64,000 nucleotides of DNA from Pseudogymnoascus verrucosus. Its lineage: Eukaryota. A program made the position numbers and the translations under genes. The notes under the pieces were generated by a model. It was not told the origin of the DNA, did no database searches, and was given only the letters and a program-made list of their open reading frames with translations. Shown in pieces: positions 37,189 to 51,081 of the stretch (its first letter is position 1; each line of letters starts with the position of its first letter). The stretch is taken from NCBI GenBank assembly GCA_001662655.1, contig KV460211.1. One strand, given 5' to 3'.

Positions 37189-40100
37189 ATGGCGACCTCC
37201 CTTGCGGCCCAGCTGTCGCAGATAGCTGCCACCTCCACCAAGTCGCTCGACCTCAAAGCGCAAAAGGCCGCCCACTCCAAGTCTCTGATCTTCGAGCCGC
37301 GCATCGCCGCCTCCCAGAGCTTCGATTCGCTGTACACACTATGCCATGAGGGCTTCCAGGAGCTGTGTCTGCTCGATGGCAGGTTTATGGATTTCCAGCG
37401 CAGCATCTTTGGCGAGCAGAGCCTGCAGCAGGACAGGACGCAGATGACCGCCGCTGAGAATGCGGAGCTGGATAAGAGGCTGGAGGCATTCCTCGGCTTG
37501 GTCGGAGCGAGGTTACGATTAAATCCAGCTATAAAAGCCGTTGAGTGGCTTGTTCGAAGATTTAGGTATGGGATTTCTGAAAAGAGTAATTGCAAAATGG
37601 AGCAGAGGTGCTGACCGCGTCTAATAGGATACACGAGTACAATACTGCATTTTTACTTACGACGTTCTTACCGTACCATACCCTACCAGCATTTACAACA
37701 CTTCTATCAATCCTACCGCAAAATCTGCCTGCGCAATACAGATTCCTACATCCTTACGTTCGATCGTTAACTCACCCACCGCGCCACGCGATCGTATTCG
37801 CAGCGACTAATGACCCCACCCTCTCAACACTGCTAAACTCCTACGTCGTGAGGATATGCAATGCCCGCCAGAACTACCCTGCCCTCATCTCCTTCTGGGC
37901 GGGAGTTATGACCGAGGCTGTGAGTGGAATGCTGGACAAGGCGCGCTCTGGCCGAGAGGCCGTGCAGGCCCAAAACCAGGAGGAGATCATCCTTCGTCTT
38001 GGCCCAACTCTGAATGAGGGATTGGCTATGAAGAACGTCCCTGAATTGAGGATTGGATGCTACATGCTCCTGTCTATAATGGCGTCAAAGGGCGGCTTGA
38101 ATGACAAGCTCCTGACCGCCATGATGGAGGCCGTTGTCCTCGGATGGACCACCGAAACCTTTATTCCTGGGCTCGTATGCCTATCGATTCTAGCGCAGCA
38201 GAGAGGAGCGAAGCAAATGACCAAGCGTGTCACCAAGGAGCTTCTGAAAGTGGACGGCCTTCCCGAGCTGCTCCTCGAGATATCCAAGTCCCGCCGGATC
38301 GACAAACTCGCCAACGGCATTGTCCTTGCACTGGTCGATAGGCTGGGCAAGTCCGGAGACGCCACTGTGCTTCCATTGATCGGACATATCGTTCAGAATG
38401 AGCTATTGAGCGAGGCTCAGGGAACCGTGGTCGTTAAGTCTTTGCTATTGGTTGCCTACAGGATCGATGAGGATATCGACCCCAAGGGACATGTTCGCCA
38501 GGATCTCGCAAGAGCTCTGACTACATTAGCAGAGTACCCCGGTCAGCCGGGAGTCATCGCGAGGAAAGCTATGGATGATGCCAGCGTTGATATTGACGAA
38601 TTGGAACTAAAGCTTCAAGCGTCCATTCGCCCAAAGCTTATCCAATCGGCACCAGATGGAGACGTTGAGATGGGAGACGCGGATGAGACCAGCGAGGTTC
38701 AATCCGAAGACTTCCATGCTCTCCTTAAACAACTCCCAGATGATGACAACTCATTCCTGTCACGCTCGGAAGCGCCGCCATTCCACAAGTTTTTCGATTT
38801 ATTCGTGGCTGCATTAGCGACGAAAGAGAACCTGGACGAGTTTGATCAGGCATTAAAAACAGAAAAGAACCACGCAATTAGGTACTTCAGCTTCTATAGT
38901 ACCGTTTGGTCCGGTCCATACCCTGTTCTGGCGCGCACGGCTGCACTGGAGCGTGCTACCCAGAGCGTCAACGATGCTGCGAACGAGTCGCTCGACCTAC
39001 AGGGACTCATTCCATATGTCATCATTGCTCTCGGCGATCAAGCACTGAAGGTCAGGGGAGCAGCGTCAGCGTTAGCTCTTGGATTAGCCCAAAGATACCC
39101 AGCAGATGAAGAGTTGAAGAAGACGAAGGGTCTTAAGGTTTGGGCCGAAAAATCTATTTATGGAAGAGGAAAGAATGCCGCGAGTGTTTCGTGGATGACG
39201 GTTGAGAATGCAGCGCGTCTTCTCCGGGATATCATTTGCCCCGGCCTGGAGGAATGCGCTATCGACAAGAAGCACATTGTGTCAATCATCGAGAAGAGCC
39301 TGAATGGTCCAAAGGAGTCGACAGATTCACCAAAGAAGCAGCCCGCAAAACTCTCGCAGGCTCTGCGTCTGGCGGTCTTAACTAATTTGGCCAGCCATGT
39401 CGTCTACACGCCGCTGTATGCCGCCAAGTATAAGTTGCTCCTTGCGTTGAACGAGGTCCGCGGAGTTACTACCACCACCAGGACTAAGCTTCTACTACCA
39501 GTGCTACAAAATTTAGCCTCGATATCTTTCCAGGCCGCCAAGGAGAACTGCGACGCTGAGCACATTGATGTATCCGCGTACAATGATGAGGCCGTTGCAG
39601 TGGTTATCCCCAACGATGAAGAGGGATTCCAGGTCTTGGCCTCAATTGCCCAGGGCGAGATCGCTCCTGGAGGGGAGGCACTGTGTGCCGCCGTCTTCAG
39701 AAGAATTCGCAACATGTGGCCATCGCTGAAGGGAGACTCGAGACTCAACACCGCTCAGCTTCTCATGGACCTATCGCAGCCACCATCTGACGATGCGAGA
39801 CACAGCGAGTTTGCACAGGCTGAAGCTATGGAGCTTCTTAGAAGCGTTAACCTCACCACGGACATTCTCCTCTCGTTCCTGAATCAATTGCCAACGGCCG
39901 CACAGCTTGCAGACATGCCTCCGGCCACGAAGCGTCGCCGTGTTAGCCATGGAGAGATTGCAAAGACTCCTGTTCAGGATATGAAGTCGCTCACTGGAGC
40001 TGTTCACAAGGTGTCTTTCGTTCTCCAGATGGTTGATAACTCGAACCCCGAGAAGCACGTGGCGCTGCTGCCAGGATTGTTTAATGCCTTGTCTGAACTG

Positions 40101-42691
40101 CAGCACTTCAAGTCTCAAGTTGGATCTGAGTTGGGATACCTCCAAGGTCTCGTACTAAGCAGCTTACTGTCAATTATGAAGGCGCACAAGGCCGACCCCC
40201 GTCTCAAGTTGGACCGCTCCGCCGTCAGGGCTGACTTGCTCGTGGACTGCGTGCAGAAGACTGCCAGCCCACAAGTCCAGAACGCAGCTCTCCTTCTGAT
40301 TGCTAACCTTGCGAGCACTGCGCCCGAACTGGTCCTGCACAGCGTTATGCCTATCTTCACGTTCATGGGCAGCTCAGTCCTTCGCCAGAACGACGAGTAC
40401 TCTGCTCATGTCATCAAGCAGACTATCGCAGAGGTTATCCCGCCACTCATCGCTTCGCTGCGCAAGGAGAAGGGGGGACCTGTCACTGGTGCTGCTGAGC
40501 TCCTCCTGAGCTTCATCGCTGCTTACGAGCACGTCCCTGCTCACAGGAGAAAGGGGCTTTACACTTCGCTTGTGCAGACTCTGGGGCCCGAGGACTTCTT
40601 GTTCGCTGTCCTGGGTATGCTTGCTGATAAGTATGGCGCTACTGAGAGCATCAAGGCCTTCAGCGTCGATCTTGCCTCCTCGTTCAGCGTGGATGTGCAA
40701 CTCCAGACTGCCGTCAAGTACCTTGATCTCGCTGCCGACCTTCTGAAGCCAAGACCAACAATCTCGGCCGTGCTTCTGGGCTCATCTGAGTCGAGCACTA
40801 CGGATGGAAGCCGCTCGGCGCTCACGCAACTTACACTGCTTCCTCACCTTCTTTCCGAGAAGAAGTTGATTGATCAAACCGCCAGACTTCTTCAGCGTGA
40901 CGACATGGATGCATCCAGGGTTCGTGAGCTCTACTCGACACTGTTGGAGAACCTTCTCTCCCTTGCCGACCAAGTCAAGTCTGACAAGAAGCTACACAAT
41001 GCATGTGGCAACGTCCTCGAGCGCGTCCTTGGCCTACTCTCGACCAGCGAATTCGTCAAGTCGGTTGAGAGCCTCCTCGACAGGCCCAATGAGGAACTGC
41101 GCCGCAAGATCCTGCGCTCCCTCGAGGTACGCGTCGACCAGGAGAAGCAATCCAATGTTGCAGCGAGACAAGCCATGCTTGCCTTCCTACCCCAGCTCAC
41201 GGCTATCATCCGCGAGTCGGGCGATATTCTGTACAAGCACATTGCTGTCTCTTGCGTGGACAAGATCGCTGAGAAGTATGGTAAGAAGGACTTGGACGCT
41301 GTTACAGTTGCCGCGGAGACTATTGCGGGTGAGAAGTGCCTTGGACAGGATGATGAGCGCCTTCAGGTTATGTCGCTGCTGTGCTTGGCGTCGCTTGTGG
41401 ATATCCTCAAGGAAGGCATCGTTTCGGTGCTTCCTATCGCTATCCCGGCTGCTCTGAAGTACATGGCGAAGACGGTGGAGGAGGGTGGACAAAACGATAA
41501 GTTGCACAATGCTGGCTACGCATTTATTAATGCGCTTGTTGAGCATCTGCCTTACATGATCTCGGGATCGTATCTCGATACTCTCCTGGTTATTTCTAAT
41601 AAATCCGCTGAGGCGGATCTCGAGGCTGAGGCTGATGAGAGCCGGATTGCTTGCCTTGACTTGGCTGCGAAGCAGATTGATGCTAAGAACATGTTCACTG
41701 CCCTGCAGAAGAACTGGTCGATTGCTACAGAATGCGGTACTATTGTAAGTTGTGTGCTACTCTTATTCTGAATCCTAACTAACACCCACAGGCACTCCGC
41801 GAGTACCTCGACATTCTGAGTACCGCAATCGACAAGCACACCAAGGCCACCGTGACCAAGCACTCTCCCATCCTCTCCACCATCTTCCTCTCCGCTTTCG
41901 ACCTGCGCCGCCAATGGACCGTATCGAACGCAGATATCTCCGAGGACGAAATCACCGAGATCGAGAACCTCGTCAACTCCGTCGCCATCAAGATGATCTA
42001 CAAATTCAACGACTCGACCTTCCGACCCATCTTCTCCAACCTCCTCGAGTGGGCCTCTACGGGTCTCCCAAAGAAGGACACCGAAGGCCGCCTCCTCCGC
42101 CTCCGCTCTATCTTCACCTTCACTACTCTCTTCTTCACACACCTCAAGTCCATCGTCACTTCCTACACCACTTACCTCCTCCCCTCCGCGCTGTCGGCGC
42201 TTGAATCTGTCGATCCATCCAACCCGGCCTCCCGCGCGCTTTGGTCCCACGCCCTGAACACCCTCGCTGCGGCCGCTGCGCACGACCAGGACGACTTCTT
42301 CCAGGCCCCTTCGCACTTCGACGTCCTCGCTCCAGCTCTGACATCGCAGCTCGCGCACGCCGCCACGCTACCCCTGTCAGATGACCTCGTGCCCGCGCTC
42401 GTCGAGCTCGCTGCCGTCGCGGACTCAGCGGACCACCACAAGGCGCTCAATGCGGCGATTATGAAGTCCCTGCGCGACACTTCGCCAGCTGTTCGACTTG
42501 CGGCTGTGAAGGCGGAGGAGGCGCTTACGGAGAGGCTGGGTGAAGAGTGGTTGGCGCTGCTGCCGGAGATGTTGCCGTTTATTAGTGAGTTACAGGAGGA
42601 CGAGGATGAGGAGGTTGAGAGGGAGACGCATAGGTGGATTGTGAAGATTGAGGGGGTGTTGGGGGAGAGTTTGGATGCGATGTTGCAGTAG
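37189..42691 (+). CDS. UTP10: U3 snoRNA-associated protein 10 (HEATR1/BAP28); exons 37189-37565, 37628-41744, 41792-42691
   Basis: MATSLAAQLSQIA, KAVEWLVRRFRIHEYN, PELVLHSVMPIFTFMG, BP28CT KFNDSTFRPIF and C-terminal LLPEMLPFISELQEDEDEEVE. Confidence 0.97.
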
Positions 42692-43525
42692 AAAACATGT
42701 GGGGTTGGATAGGGAGCGCATTGAGGGCGTTGGGTGTGTATGTGAGGCGTTTTGATTGGGAAGTGTGTGTTTGGGTTGTTGGGGTGTATATATTTTGCAA
42801 TGAGAAGATTTTGTGCGAAAGTTTAATAGCTGTGTTCCATTGCATTGTTTCATGTGAATAGGTGATTTTACTTCTGGTGTTCTCACCTACGGAGTGTTCA
42901 AAGACAATAATGTTTGGATAGTAGTAGAATTATAGAAGCTATCATGGAGTTCACTTGTGAAAACGGCATCTCACTCTCACATGGAAAAAGGCGCCAGACA
43001 CGAACGAATGCGTGGAACGACAGCTAATACTTTGAACAATAGGATAGCTTATAGCATATAGCGAGAATCTTATAAATAAACTTAACTTAACTTAGTACCT
43101 TTGGGCTCGCCCGCGCTCTGATGTCTTCTTGTTGCCAAGCTGTGGCCAAGACGTATCACTGAGCCACAATCAATAAAGACCAAAGTTATTGATTGCGGCT
43201 TCTAATTTTGCCCCAAACACGGCCAATGCCGATGTCTTCCAAGAAGCCCATTTGCTCGGCTTCTAAGAGGCGCACATTTAGTCCCAGACTTTTGTCTTTT
43301 GTCTCCCTAAACCAAATATTAGAGCCTTACGTACGATGTGACCAAAGCCACATTACAGTTCGTAACAAGGCATCCAATGGTAAGGGTTGTAGACTCATCA
43401 AGTGTGCATTATGAACGCGCTGGCAGTGGGTGTATACCCATATATAAAGAACAGCTCTTCCTCCCATATTCTGTACGTTTAAGCCTGTTTATATTTGGTC
43501 AAAATCTCGCTGTACCCCCTTCACA

Positions 43526-44312
43526 ATGGCCCGCCTCTTCATTGTACAAATCTTTCTCGCCCTCACTGTTATTGTGACCGCAAGCTCCCTTTCGCCTCGA
43601 CAATCCTGTGGAACCTCATATTACTACTGCTCATCCACCAGCGGCGGCTCTTCTGGGTCTGGCGGTGGCTCTTCTGGATCTGGGGGAGCCTCAGCGGCAG
43701 ACTGGATCGCTAACGGTGCTATCATTGATGGTTTTATCAACGCTGGAAGTTACATTAAACGCTCCCTCCATTTGCGACAGGAGGATGGGGCGTTGTGTTG
43801 TCGAAGTGGAACGGAATGCGGCGTCCTAGGCGACGACAACATCCCACTCTGCTATGTAAAGCTTCCCCTCATCAATATCCAGATGTCCATATCATAGGAT
43901 GGAACCGCAAACAGTGTATTGATCTATTCTCATGCAGGACTCGCAAACAACAAAGTTTACATTCGCTGACGGTTCATACGGTTATACCAGCACGAGTAAC
44001 TACTACGATACTGAAGGCAACGTAATCAATTTTGAGACTGGAGATTACACCCTCGCCGATGGCACACTTGGGAACGTGTTCGTTGATAATGGGGAGGCGC
44101 CACCGGCAACAGCTACGAATACAGGGGTTGTCGACAGCGTGTCTATTCCTTCTGCGACGAATACGGTGAAAACAAACGACGGGCCATTCGCTACCGGAAC
44201 GGTGAATCAACAGACGAAGCCTAGTGAGGGTTCTGGTGCTAGTTTTAGGAGGGGATATGGAGATGCAATGATAGGGATAGTTGGGGGGTTAGCATTGGGG
44301 ATTGTGCTTTAA
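43526..44312 (+). CDS. Small secreted, Cys-containing, probably GPI-anchored protein; exons 43526-43855, 43938-44312
   Basis: Signal peptide MARLFIVQIFLALTVIVTA, Kex2-like KR, CC…C…C, Thr-rich stalk and hydrophobic C-terminus AMIGIVGGLALGIVL. Confidence 0.8.
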
Positions 44313-44718
44313 AGCACGCACATTTGGAATAGTAATTAGTAGAATACCCAGTTGGAGTTGGGTGTGCACATTTGGAGATCTCTGTACAGCGTTATATGAG
44401 CTAGTAGGTCAATGGCAGGTATACGCAGTAGTCATAATAGATAGTAAACGGAAGCTTTACCCTGAGACCATCTCTTACCCTCTGAATTTAAGCTACCTCG
44501 TCGCTGTGTTTGCACCTACCAATAGAATATGTAGATAAAGTAGTAATTATGTTCTTTGGTTGGTAATAATCCCCAAGGCAATCCGGACCTTGCAATACCA
44601 TGAGGAGAGGGTTACGGGGCAAGGAGGCCAGAGCACAATGGCACAGTATGACAAGTTGTTGAAAATTTGTATCGAAGAAGAGCCTTCACCAGCCTCCGGA
44701 TATCAGCATATTGTTACA

Positions 44719-44779
44719 CAAGCTTGTGTATAGCAGAGCGGACGGGATGCACAATTCTCTTAAGTCTATAGTCGTATGT
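44719..44779 (-). pseudogene. 5S rRNA gene 5' half (nt 1-61), truncated, with C>T changes
   Basis: Minus strand: acatacgactatagacttaagagaattgtgcatcccgtccgctctgctatacacaagcttg then TGTAACA. TATATATA lies 23-31 nt upstream (44802-44810). Confidence 0.88.
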
Positions 44780-44886
44780 AGCAATTATAGTCGTATAGGA
44801 GTATATATATAGAATATCGAGTTGGGATTACCCCTCAACCCACCAAGCCAGTTTACTAATACACCATACTCCCCTTTCCTTCCCCC

Positions 44887-45826
44887 CTAAATCATAGCAC
44901 TAAACTTCCCATCTACCTTCTCCACCTTCGCAATCGACTTCTTATACCCCTCCTCCTCTTCCAACATATCCACGTACTTCCTCAACAGCGGGTACTTCTC
45001 CTCCGGAATTAAGCCTCCCCGTCCCTTCGCCGCGATCAGGGGGAAGCTAATCAGGATATCCGCAGCCGTCAAGTGCGAGCCGCAGAGGTACTTTCCGCCC
45101 CCTGGAGACGTCTTGAGTTGGTCTTCCAGATACGAGAAGTGGGTGGCAAAGTTGGGGTCCAGGTAGTTCGTCCTGATCCCGCCGGCGACACGTGTGGTGA
45201 TGGGACGGATGAAGAATGGGACGGGGGCGTTTTTGATGTCTATTTCCTCTATTAGCCTTGCATTCTCTCCCACTTATCATTTTCGCTCGGTGGGGGTAAT
45301 AACTTACTCATAGAAACCAACAAAACATTAAGCAAAGGCATCAAGCTCCCCTCACAATAATGCAACAGGTACTTATACCTCATCCACGCCTCCGTCTCCC
45401 CTCCCACCACCCCCTCCCTCCCTTCCTGCCACCTTTCCGGCGCCATCGTCGTCCCCGCTCCAAAATGCTCAGTCAGGTACTCGGCGATGAGTCCGCTCTC
45501 CGCGAGGACCACGTCTGGGCCGCCGTGGGGAGGCTTGATGGAGATCACGGGGGACTTGCCAAGGGGGTGGATGGCTTTTAACTCGGGGGGGGCGAAATAG
45601 GTTTTAGGGTCCCGGTGGAAGACGGTTAGCTTGTAGGGGAGGGAGAGCTCGGTGAGGAGCCAGAGGATGCGTTGGGAGCGGGATTGCTCGAGCCTGGGGG
45701 GTGTTAGTGGGGACGTCAAGGATGGGGGCCAAGAGGGGGAGGGGGGTACCAGTAGAGGGTTATTTCTGGGGTGGTGGAGGAGGAGGGTTGCGCCGTGATG
45801 GCGGGTGCGGTGGATTCGTCGGCCAT
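44887..45826 (-). CDS. Glutathione S-transferase (Gtt1-like); exons 45826-45750, 45693-45308, 45239-44887
   Basis: LYWLEQSRSQRILWLL, LKAIHPLGKSPVI, LAESGLI, YLCGSHLTAADILISFPL. Confidence 0.92.
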
Positions 45827-46461
45827 GATAGACGCTGGGGGTATATGGGATGTTTGAAGGGAAAGGTTGGGTATCTCAGGTTTGATGGGCGCAGGGTGGT
45901 TACAGTTGTTTGGGAGGGGGGTATATATGGGGAGATATCAAAGGGTCTAGATGCGACTTGAATTACTAAGTCTTGCGGCCGTTAATAAATCACCTCGGTG
46001 AAATGTCTTTGGCCGCGCCTGGTGCGTGGTCCTCTTCACAAGCTAAGTCAGTCGGGATCGTATCGTTCCGGCGATGACGTACTAGCCCTATGAGTTGAGG
46101 ATCGCTGGTATATTTGTGTTCTAGAAGTGGAAGATGACAAAGATTATATATTGCCAATAACTTACGCGCGCTCGATTCTCTCGCCTTGATAATCAAATAC
46201 CTGTTTCTTCACCAAAAAACTTACACCGGCCTCAAATCTGACTGTAAATAAAATTCCCATGATAAGATTATAGTTTTGCCTCGGGACCCTTTTAGGACTA
46301 GCGTTTATCCACCGGCCCTATAGTAATTCCGGTAAGGCACTTTAAACATCACGTGACAGATTAGCTTCAACGAGCCGCATCGCAACATCAACGACTTCAA
46401 GCACTGTCAATCGAAACATCCCACCATAAACAAGTCCCGGCCAGCGCCAACAACCTTCAAA

Positions 46462-46993
46462 ATGGCAGGCCCTCATGGTTCGTCCCTCCCTTCGCCCCCT
46501 TACCAGCTCGTCCCCCCCATTTCGGCGACCAATTGCTAACACTGCCCCAGCGTCCATCGACCCGGCGTACATCAAGTACAACAGTGCGTCCCCCCACAAC
46601 TCTCCCCCCCGACTGCGACGCCTCGGGTCCTACGATTGCATACCGTCGATATAATACTGGGTGTGAGCAGGATGATTGAGTGGTGCTAACCCCCGCAGAC
46701 ATGATTGTGAACCGGCACAAGTACTTCCGCTGGACGAAGCGCACCGCATTCCTCTCGTTCGCGTACGTGGTTGCCTTCCCGGCATTTGTTGGATACTGGG
46801 CTTTCGTGACGGATGTGAGTTTTCCCCTTCCTCCTTTGCCCTCTCGATTTGCGCGGGCGCTTTTGCCACGGGCGGCTTGCGGGTCGTTGGGGACGCGGGT
46901 GCGGATATAATGGTAGTGATGGAGCTGACTGGTTCGTAGGGAAAGTTGGAATTCAGGGGGAAGAGGAAGGGAGATACGATTGTTGAGTTTTAG
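46462..46993 (+). CDS. NDUFB4: NADH:ubiquinone oxidoreductase subunit B15/NDUFB4; exons 46462-46477, 46551-46583, 46699-46814, 46940-46993
   Basis: Spliced product MAGPHASIDPAYIKYNNMIVNRHKYFRWTKRTAFLSFAYVVAFPAFVGYWAFVTDGKLEFRGKRKGDTIVEF. Confidence 0.85.
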
Positions 46994-47531
46994 GGAGATA
47001 GAAAGGTGGGGAGAGGGAGTGTATATATCAGCGGAATTGAAATGGAGATATTTTCAAGATCTGTTGGCTGTGATCGGGCTTGTTGGGTGAATACTGACTT
47101 CCTCCGCGGATCTAACACTGGGAGCAGGGAATATGACGGTCGCGCATGTTGACGCCGTTTGCGAAGTGGCGCTTTGAAAGGGTTTGGCTAGGCCAAAGTT
47201 ACCGATTCCGAACAAGGAAAACCCGGGCCTGAGAATAAGCCAGAGGAGATATTTGGAGAACAAAGAATAATTACAATGCGTTACATTCTCAAGACGGGGC
47301 GTTTTCGCTCAAATCGTCGTACGTGTTACATTATCAAAGACCTTTCTCGAACTCTTTAGCATCTAAAACGTCCCATTCCGGACGAACGCATCAAAGAAAC
47401 ATGATATTTATCTCAATAAAACAGTCTTGACGGCCCCATATATTCACACCTGTCTTTCACATAAGAAATAAACTTCAAATCACTTTAATACAAACCTATT
47501 TCATCTCTCAAACAATTGCAGCTTCATCGTC

Positions 47532-49125
47532 ATGGAAGGCAGAGTTCATAAGCCAGGGGCGTGCCATTCCCACTTCGAAATCCTCAGCACTTCGCAAGGA
47601 GATCAAGCAGCCAATGTTGATAGTAACAGTGCAGGTATGCAAACCAACAAAATCTTCGTTTTGTAAAGCCGTGAGATATACTAACTCGTCGGGACCAGGT
47701 CTTCCAACCGACTATAGAGACCGCTCTTCTGTAGAACGACATTCCGTAGAAGGCACCACACCGTCGCAAGCAAGAAAGAGGCAACTCGAAGCAGCATCCA
47801 CAGGAGACATGATACCTGCGAAGAGAACACGTTTAGCAGAACAAATATCGCCAGCTATACTACTCTGGCAACGACATTTCAATAGTGACGAGAACCTCAA
47901 AGTGGAGGCTAACACCGACGCAAATGATAACACCAACAAAATCGAACATGATCAAGCGCAGTTAACACGGAGAAATTTAGTCTTGTTCAACAAAATAACG
48001 GCGGAAGATGGGACAGGGGATGCATTGAAATCTGCGCTACTAGGATCTACAGACCAAACTTCGACAACGGAGATGGAGTCTACCTCGACAACTAGGTCCG
48101 GATTTGCTATTGCAGTCTACCACAACGGTGTTCTGCTTTCCTATCACTCTAAACCACCAACGAACCTCAACGAGATACATAAACAGGCTTCAAGTTCTCG
48201 GGGAACGGCTTCGCCTACAGTGTCTGAGTATGAAAGATACTTTAGAACTCTCCCAATGGCATTTAACGAGCTAGCTAGAGGCAATAAGGTTAGCAGGAAG
48301 CTCCAAAAGGATTATGACGACGATGAAGGCTACCACCCAGCCTTCAAGCAGGCATTTACAGGGTTTCCAAAGAATGTCGGGTTGAACGATGGCCTGTCGC
48401 CGCCTCAGCCTGACTTTATCGAAGGTCTTGGGATGTCGGAATTTCAACCGTTTCCTATCGAGCGCGTCAGCGGAGCAGTTCTCTACGAGGATAATCCCTT
48501 TTCCACAGTACTGCCACATATAGCCGGCGAGTATAAGGGTCCCATGGGATGCATGGAAAACGCGAGACTTCAATGTTCTTATGATGGGGCGGCGCTTGTC
48601 TACGCCCGGAACAAAGCCCTTGCACTCATTGGGAAGCCTGATCCTCAAGGTCATGCCAAAATCACAACTTTCGCTACAGATGGCGAGATCATTGAGTTCT
48701 TCGCACACTACGCAGCCCGAGGAGATGATAGCAAGCTCAAATATCACCAATATCCCATTGGATCGTTCTTTTTGACAGGCTCTCATTATGGATTTAAAGA
48801 TGGTTGGAGACAGCTTCGGAATCAACAAGACTACGCAAGAGAGCAATCTTATGCTCTAAGAGATCAGCTTGTTAACTATTGGGTGGAAAGGGAGGGCATT
48901 GCGTCGTCAACTCCTAGATCATTCTGCATCGAGGATCTCAACGAGACTCGGCTTGAGTTTTGGGATAAAACACAGACTGAGATAGAGGAGAGAGCGCGAG
49001 AACATCTCAGAGGGATAGAGATAGGAAATATCAGTCGGCCCGTAAGAAGTATTGTTTGTTTTGGGGTTTGTGTATTTGTTGGGGCTACAGTAGCTTGCTC
49101 GAATGTGTGGCATGGGAGTTGGTAG
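47532..49125 (+). CDS. Uncharacterised accessory protein, possibly PD-(D/E)xK nuclease-like fold; exons 47532-47634, 47699-49125 (3' structure uncertain)
   Basis: PQPDFIEGL…LPHIAGEYKG…ARLQCSYDGAALVYARN…TTFATDG…FFAHY motif series. The first intron splices in frame. Confidence 0.65.
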
Positions 49126-49987
49126 GGTTTGCTGATAGAGCTGGAAGCCAGGCTCCCGAAAATCCCAATCAAGAGCTACCATACGCCATTAGCTCACCTA
49201 GCAAACAGCAGAAACATGCAGTCATGCCATATTTGCTTGTCACGCAAGTACGCAACAACACATCATCTCTATATTACACGAAGAGCTGTTGCTCTAGTTG
49301 GCATTACAGGGGATATTTTGGGCCTGGCAGATGTGGAGTGTTTGGTGTCATGTACACAGTTTCAGCATGCCTCGGCCTCTCTTTTAAATGTATACTCTTA
49401 CACTTTTATCGTATGCTTTGCTCTCACTCTCATCCTCTCAACCAAATTTCCGAATTTCCGACATCGACAGCCACCGGCCTTTCATCAACGGGGGGGATCA
49501 CCAGTGCCTGGGAAAACAGCGAATTGATATGGACGGAAATGGTGGAATATATAAGCTTCTGGACGCGCGTTTTTCAATAACATCACTATTTTAGCACTGT
49601 CTATCAAAACTGTACTGGCTTTATCCGCGGGGAGTTTGACAATCTTCATTTGGTGTGTAATCTTATGTATTGATAATAGGTTTGGATGTCGTTGGGGGAC
49701 CATCGCCGTCGTTCGCCGAGACTAACTTAACTAGGATTGCCGGCACACCAATACCAACTTAATTGGGGTTGCCGTCACACCATACCACAGGCATCTGACA
49801 GATTATATCTAGTGCATCCGAGAATCGCCGGCACAGTATAATAATTACGAGGATGAAGCTCTTAAATCGGTGCCTTTCCTCATCTAGTTATACTACTCCA
49901 TAGCTCTCAACTGCTTGCTGAAGGGATTTATCACCTATATCATTTCACAACATATTTCCGATACATAACTTACATAAATCCTACATC

Positions 49988-50938
49988 ATGAGTGATGAGC
50001 AATGTCCCATGGAGCAATGTTTATCACCGTCGCAGACGCCTCCTGCTTCTCCAGACGAACGGGCAAGACCTTCCAAGTCTAAAACCCCCAAATCTAATGG
50101 CCGGAGAAGAGCAACAATGGCCTGCCGCGGCTGTAGATCGAGGAAAGTGAGGTGCGATGTGGCAGAGCATGGCATTCCTTGTTGCAATTGCAAACTTGAC
50201 AAGAAAGAGTGTGTGGTTCCCGAGCGTCGAAAGAAGCGCTACGACGTCAATCCTCTTTATCATCCACTTACGCCGATTGATTCTATTTCTGGCGACTGGC
50301 TGCCCTCGTTAGAACGCCTCGGAGCAAACCATCCTTTGCAATTTATTCGGAATCAGTACCTAAATTCACAGTCTCAAATCGATGGCCAGACTCAACTTTC
50401 GGCGACCAGGAATGCGGGTCATAATGGAGACTGTTATCCGGGATCATTCCCAGCGCAAAAGCCGAGCTTTCCAACGCCCGAAGATCCAGAGCTTTCACGA
50501 TGGTTAAATATGATGCCCCCTCACATTGTTGAAAAGTTCCGGCTATACTTCCAAAATGCGGAGGAGGGCGGAAGAGGCAAGGAACGAAGTACCTGGGAAC
50601 CGGAGCCCACAACGTTGAGTAGAGTTCAACAGGCAATGGACATCTTGCAGGATGTAATGAACACTTCCAAATCTACACATTCGGGCGAGGAATTACTTTC
50701 TCCGCCGCCAGACAGTATGTTTAAGCCGAGAACGGGTAGTGAGATGGACGATAATTTGTCACTTGGTACCCCGGGTTTCAAAATTGCTACTTCGTATCCT
50801 CCTTCGGATATTTCAACTACGGAGAATGACAATGATGACTGGAATGACGAACTGATGGCAGAACTGTTCTGCACGCATATGGGCCAGGAGCCTGTCTCGG
50901 GAGTTGCGAGTTTAGAAGGATATGTAAATAATGAATAA
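49988..50938 (+). CDS. Short Zn(II)2Cys6 protein without an evident fungal-TF middle domain
   Basis: RRRATMACRGCRSRKVRCDVAEHGIPCCNCKLDKKEC, followed by ~230 aa of largely low-complexity sequence and an acidic tail. Confidence 0.75.
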   Translation: MSDEQCPMEQCLSPSQTPPASPDERARPSKSKTPKSNGRRRATMACRGCRSRKVRCDVAEHGIPCCNCKLDKKECVVPERRKKRYDVNPLYHPLTPIDSISGDWLPSLERLGANHPLQFIRNQYLNSQSQIDGQTQLSATRNAGHNGDCYPGSFPAQKPSFPTPEDPELSRWLNMMPPHIVEKFRLYFQNAEEGGRGKERSTWEPEPTTLSRVQQAMDILQDVMNTSKSTHSGEELLSPPPDSMFKPRTGSEMDDNLSLGTPGFKIATSYPPSDISTTENDNDDWNDELMAELFCTHMGQEPVSGVASLEGYVNNE

Positions 50939-51081
50939 ATTTTAATAATATTCGTCGGTTCTCAGGATATCGCGAGGCAATGCACGATGTATCGTCTTGA
51001 GGTAGATCGTATATGGCGCCTAATTCTGGAATTATGCCTCGTGAATGCTCCTAATGACGACGAGCTGCGTGGTCAGATGCC

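Noticed and set aside
37026..42886. Many minus-strand ORFs up to 268 aa
   Set aside because: Antisense to UTP10, explained by its codon bias.
5929..44718. One 39-kb element between the minus-strand 5S 3' remnant and the minus-strand 5' half
   Set aside because: It would have to carry UTP10, SIP3 and a conserved TF with host-like composition. Separate insertions are simpler.
46584..46939. Intronic snoRNA in the longer NDUFB4 introns
   Set aside because: No convincing paired C/D or H/ACA boxes with terminal stems.
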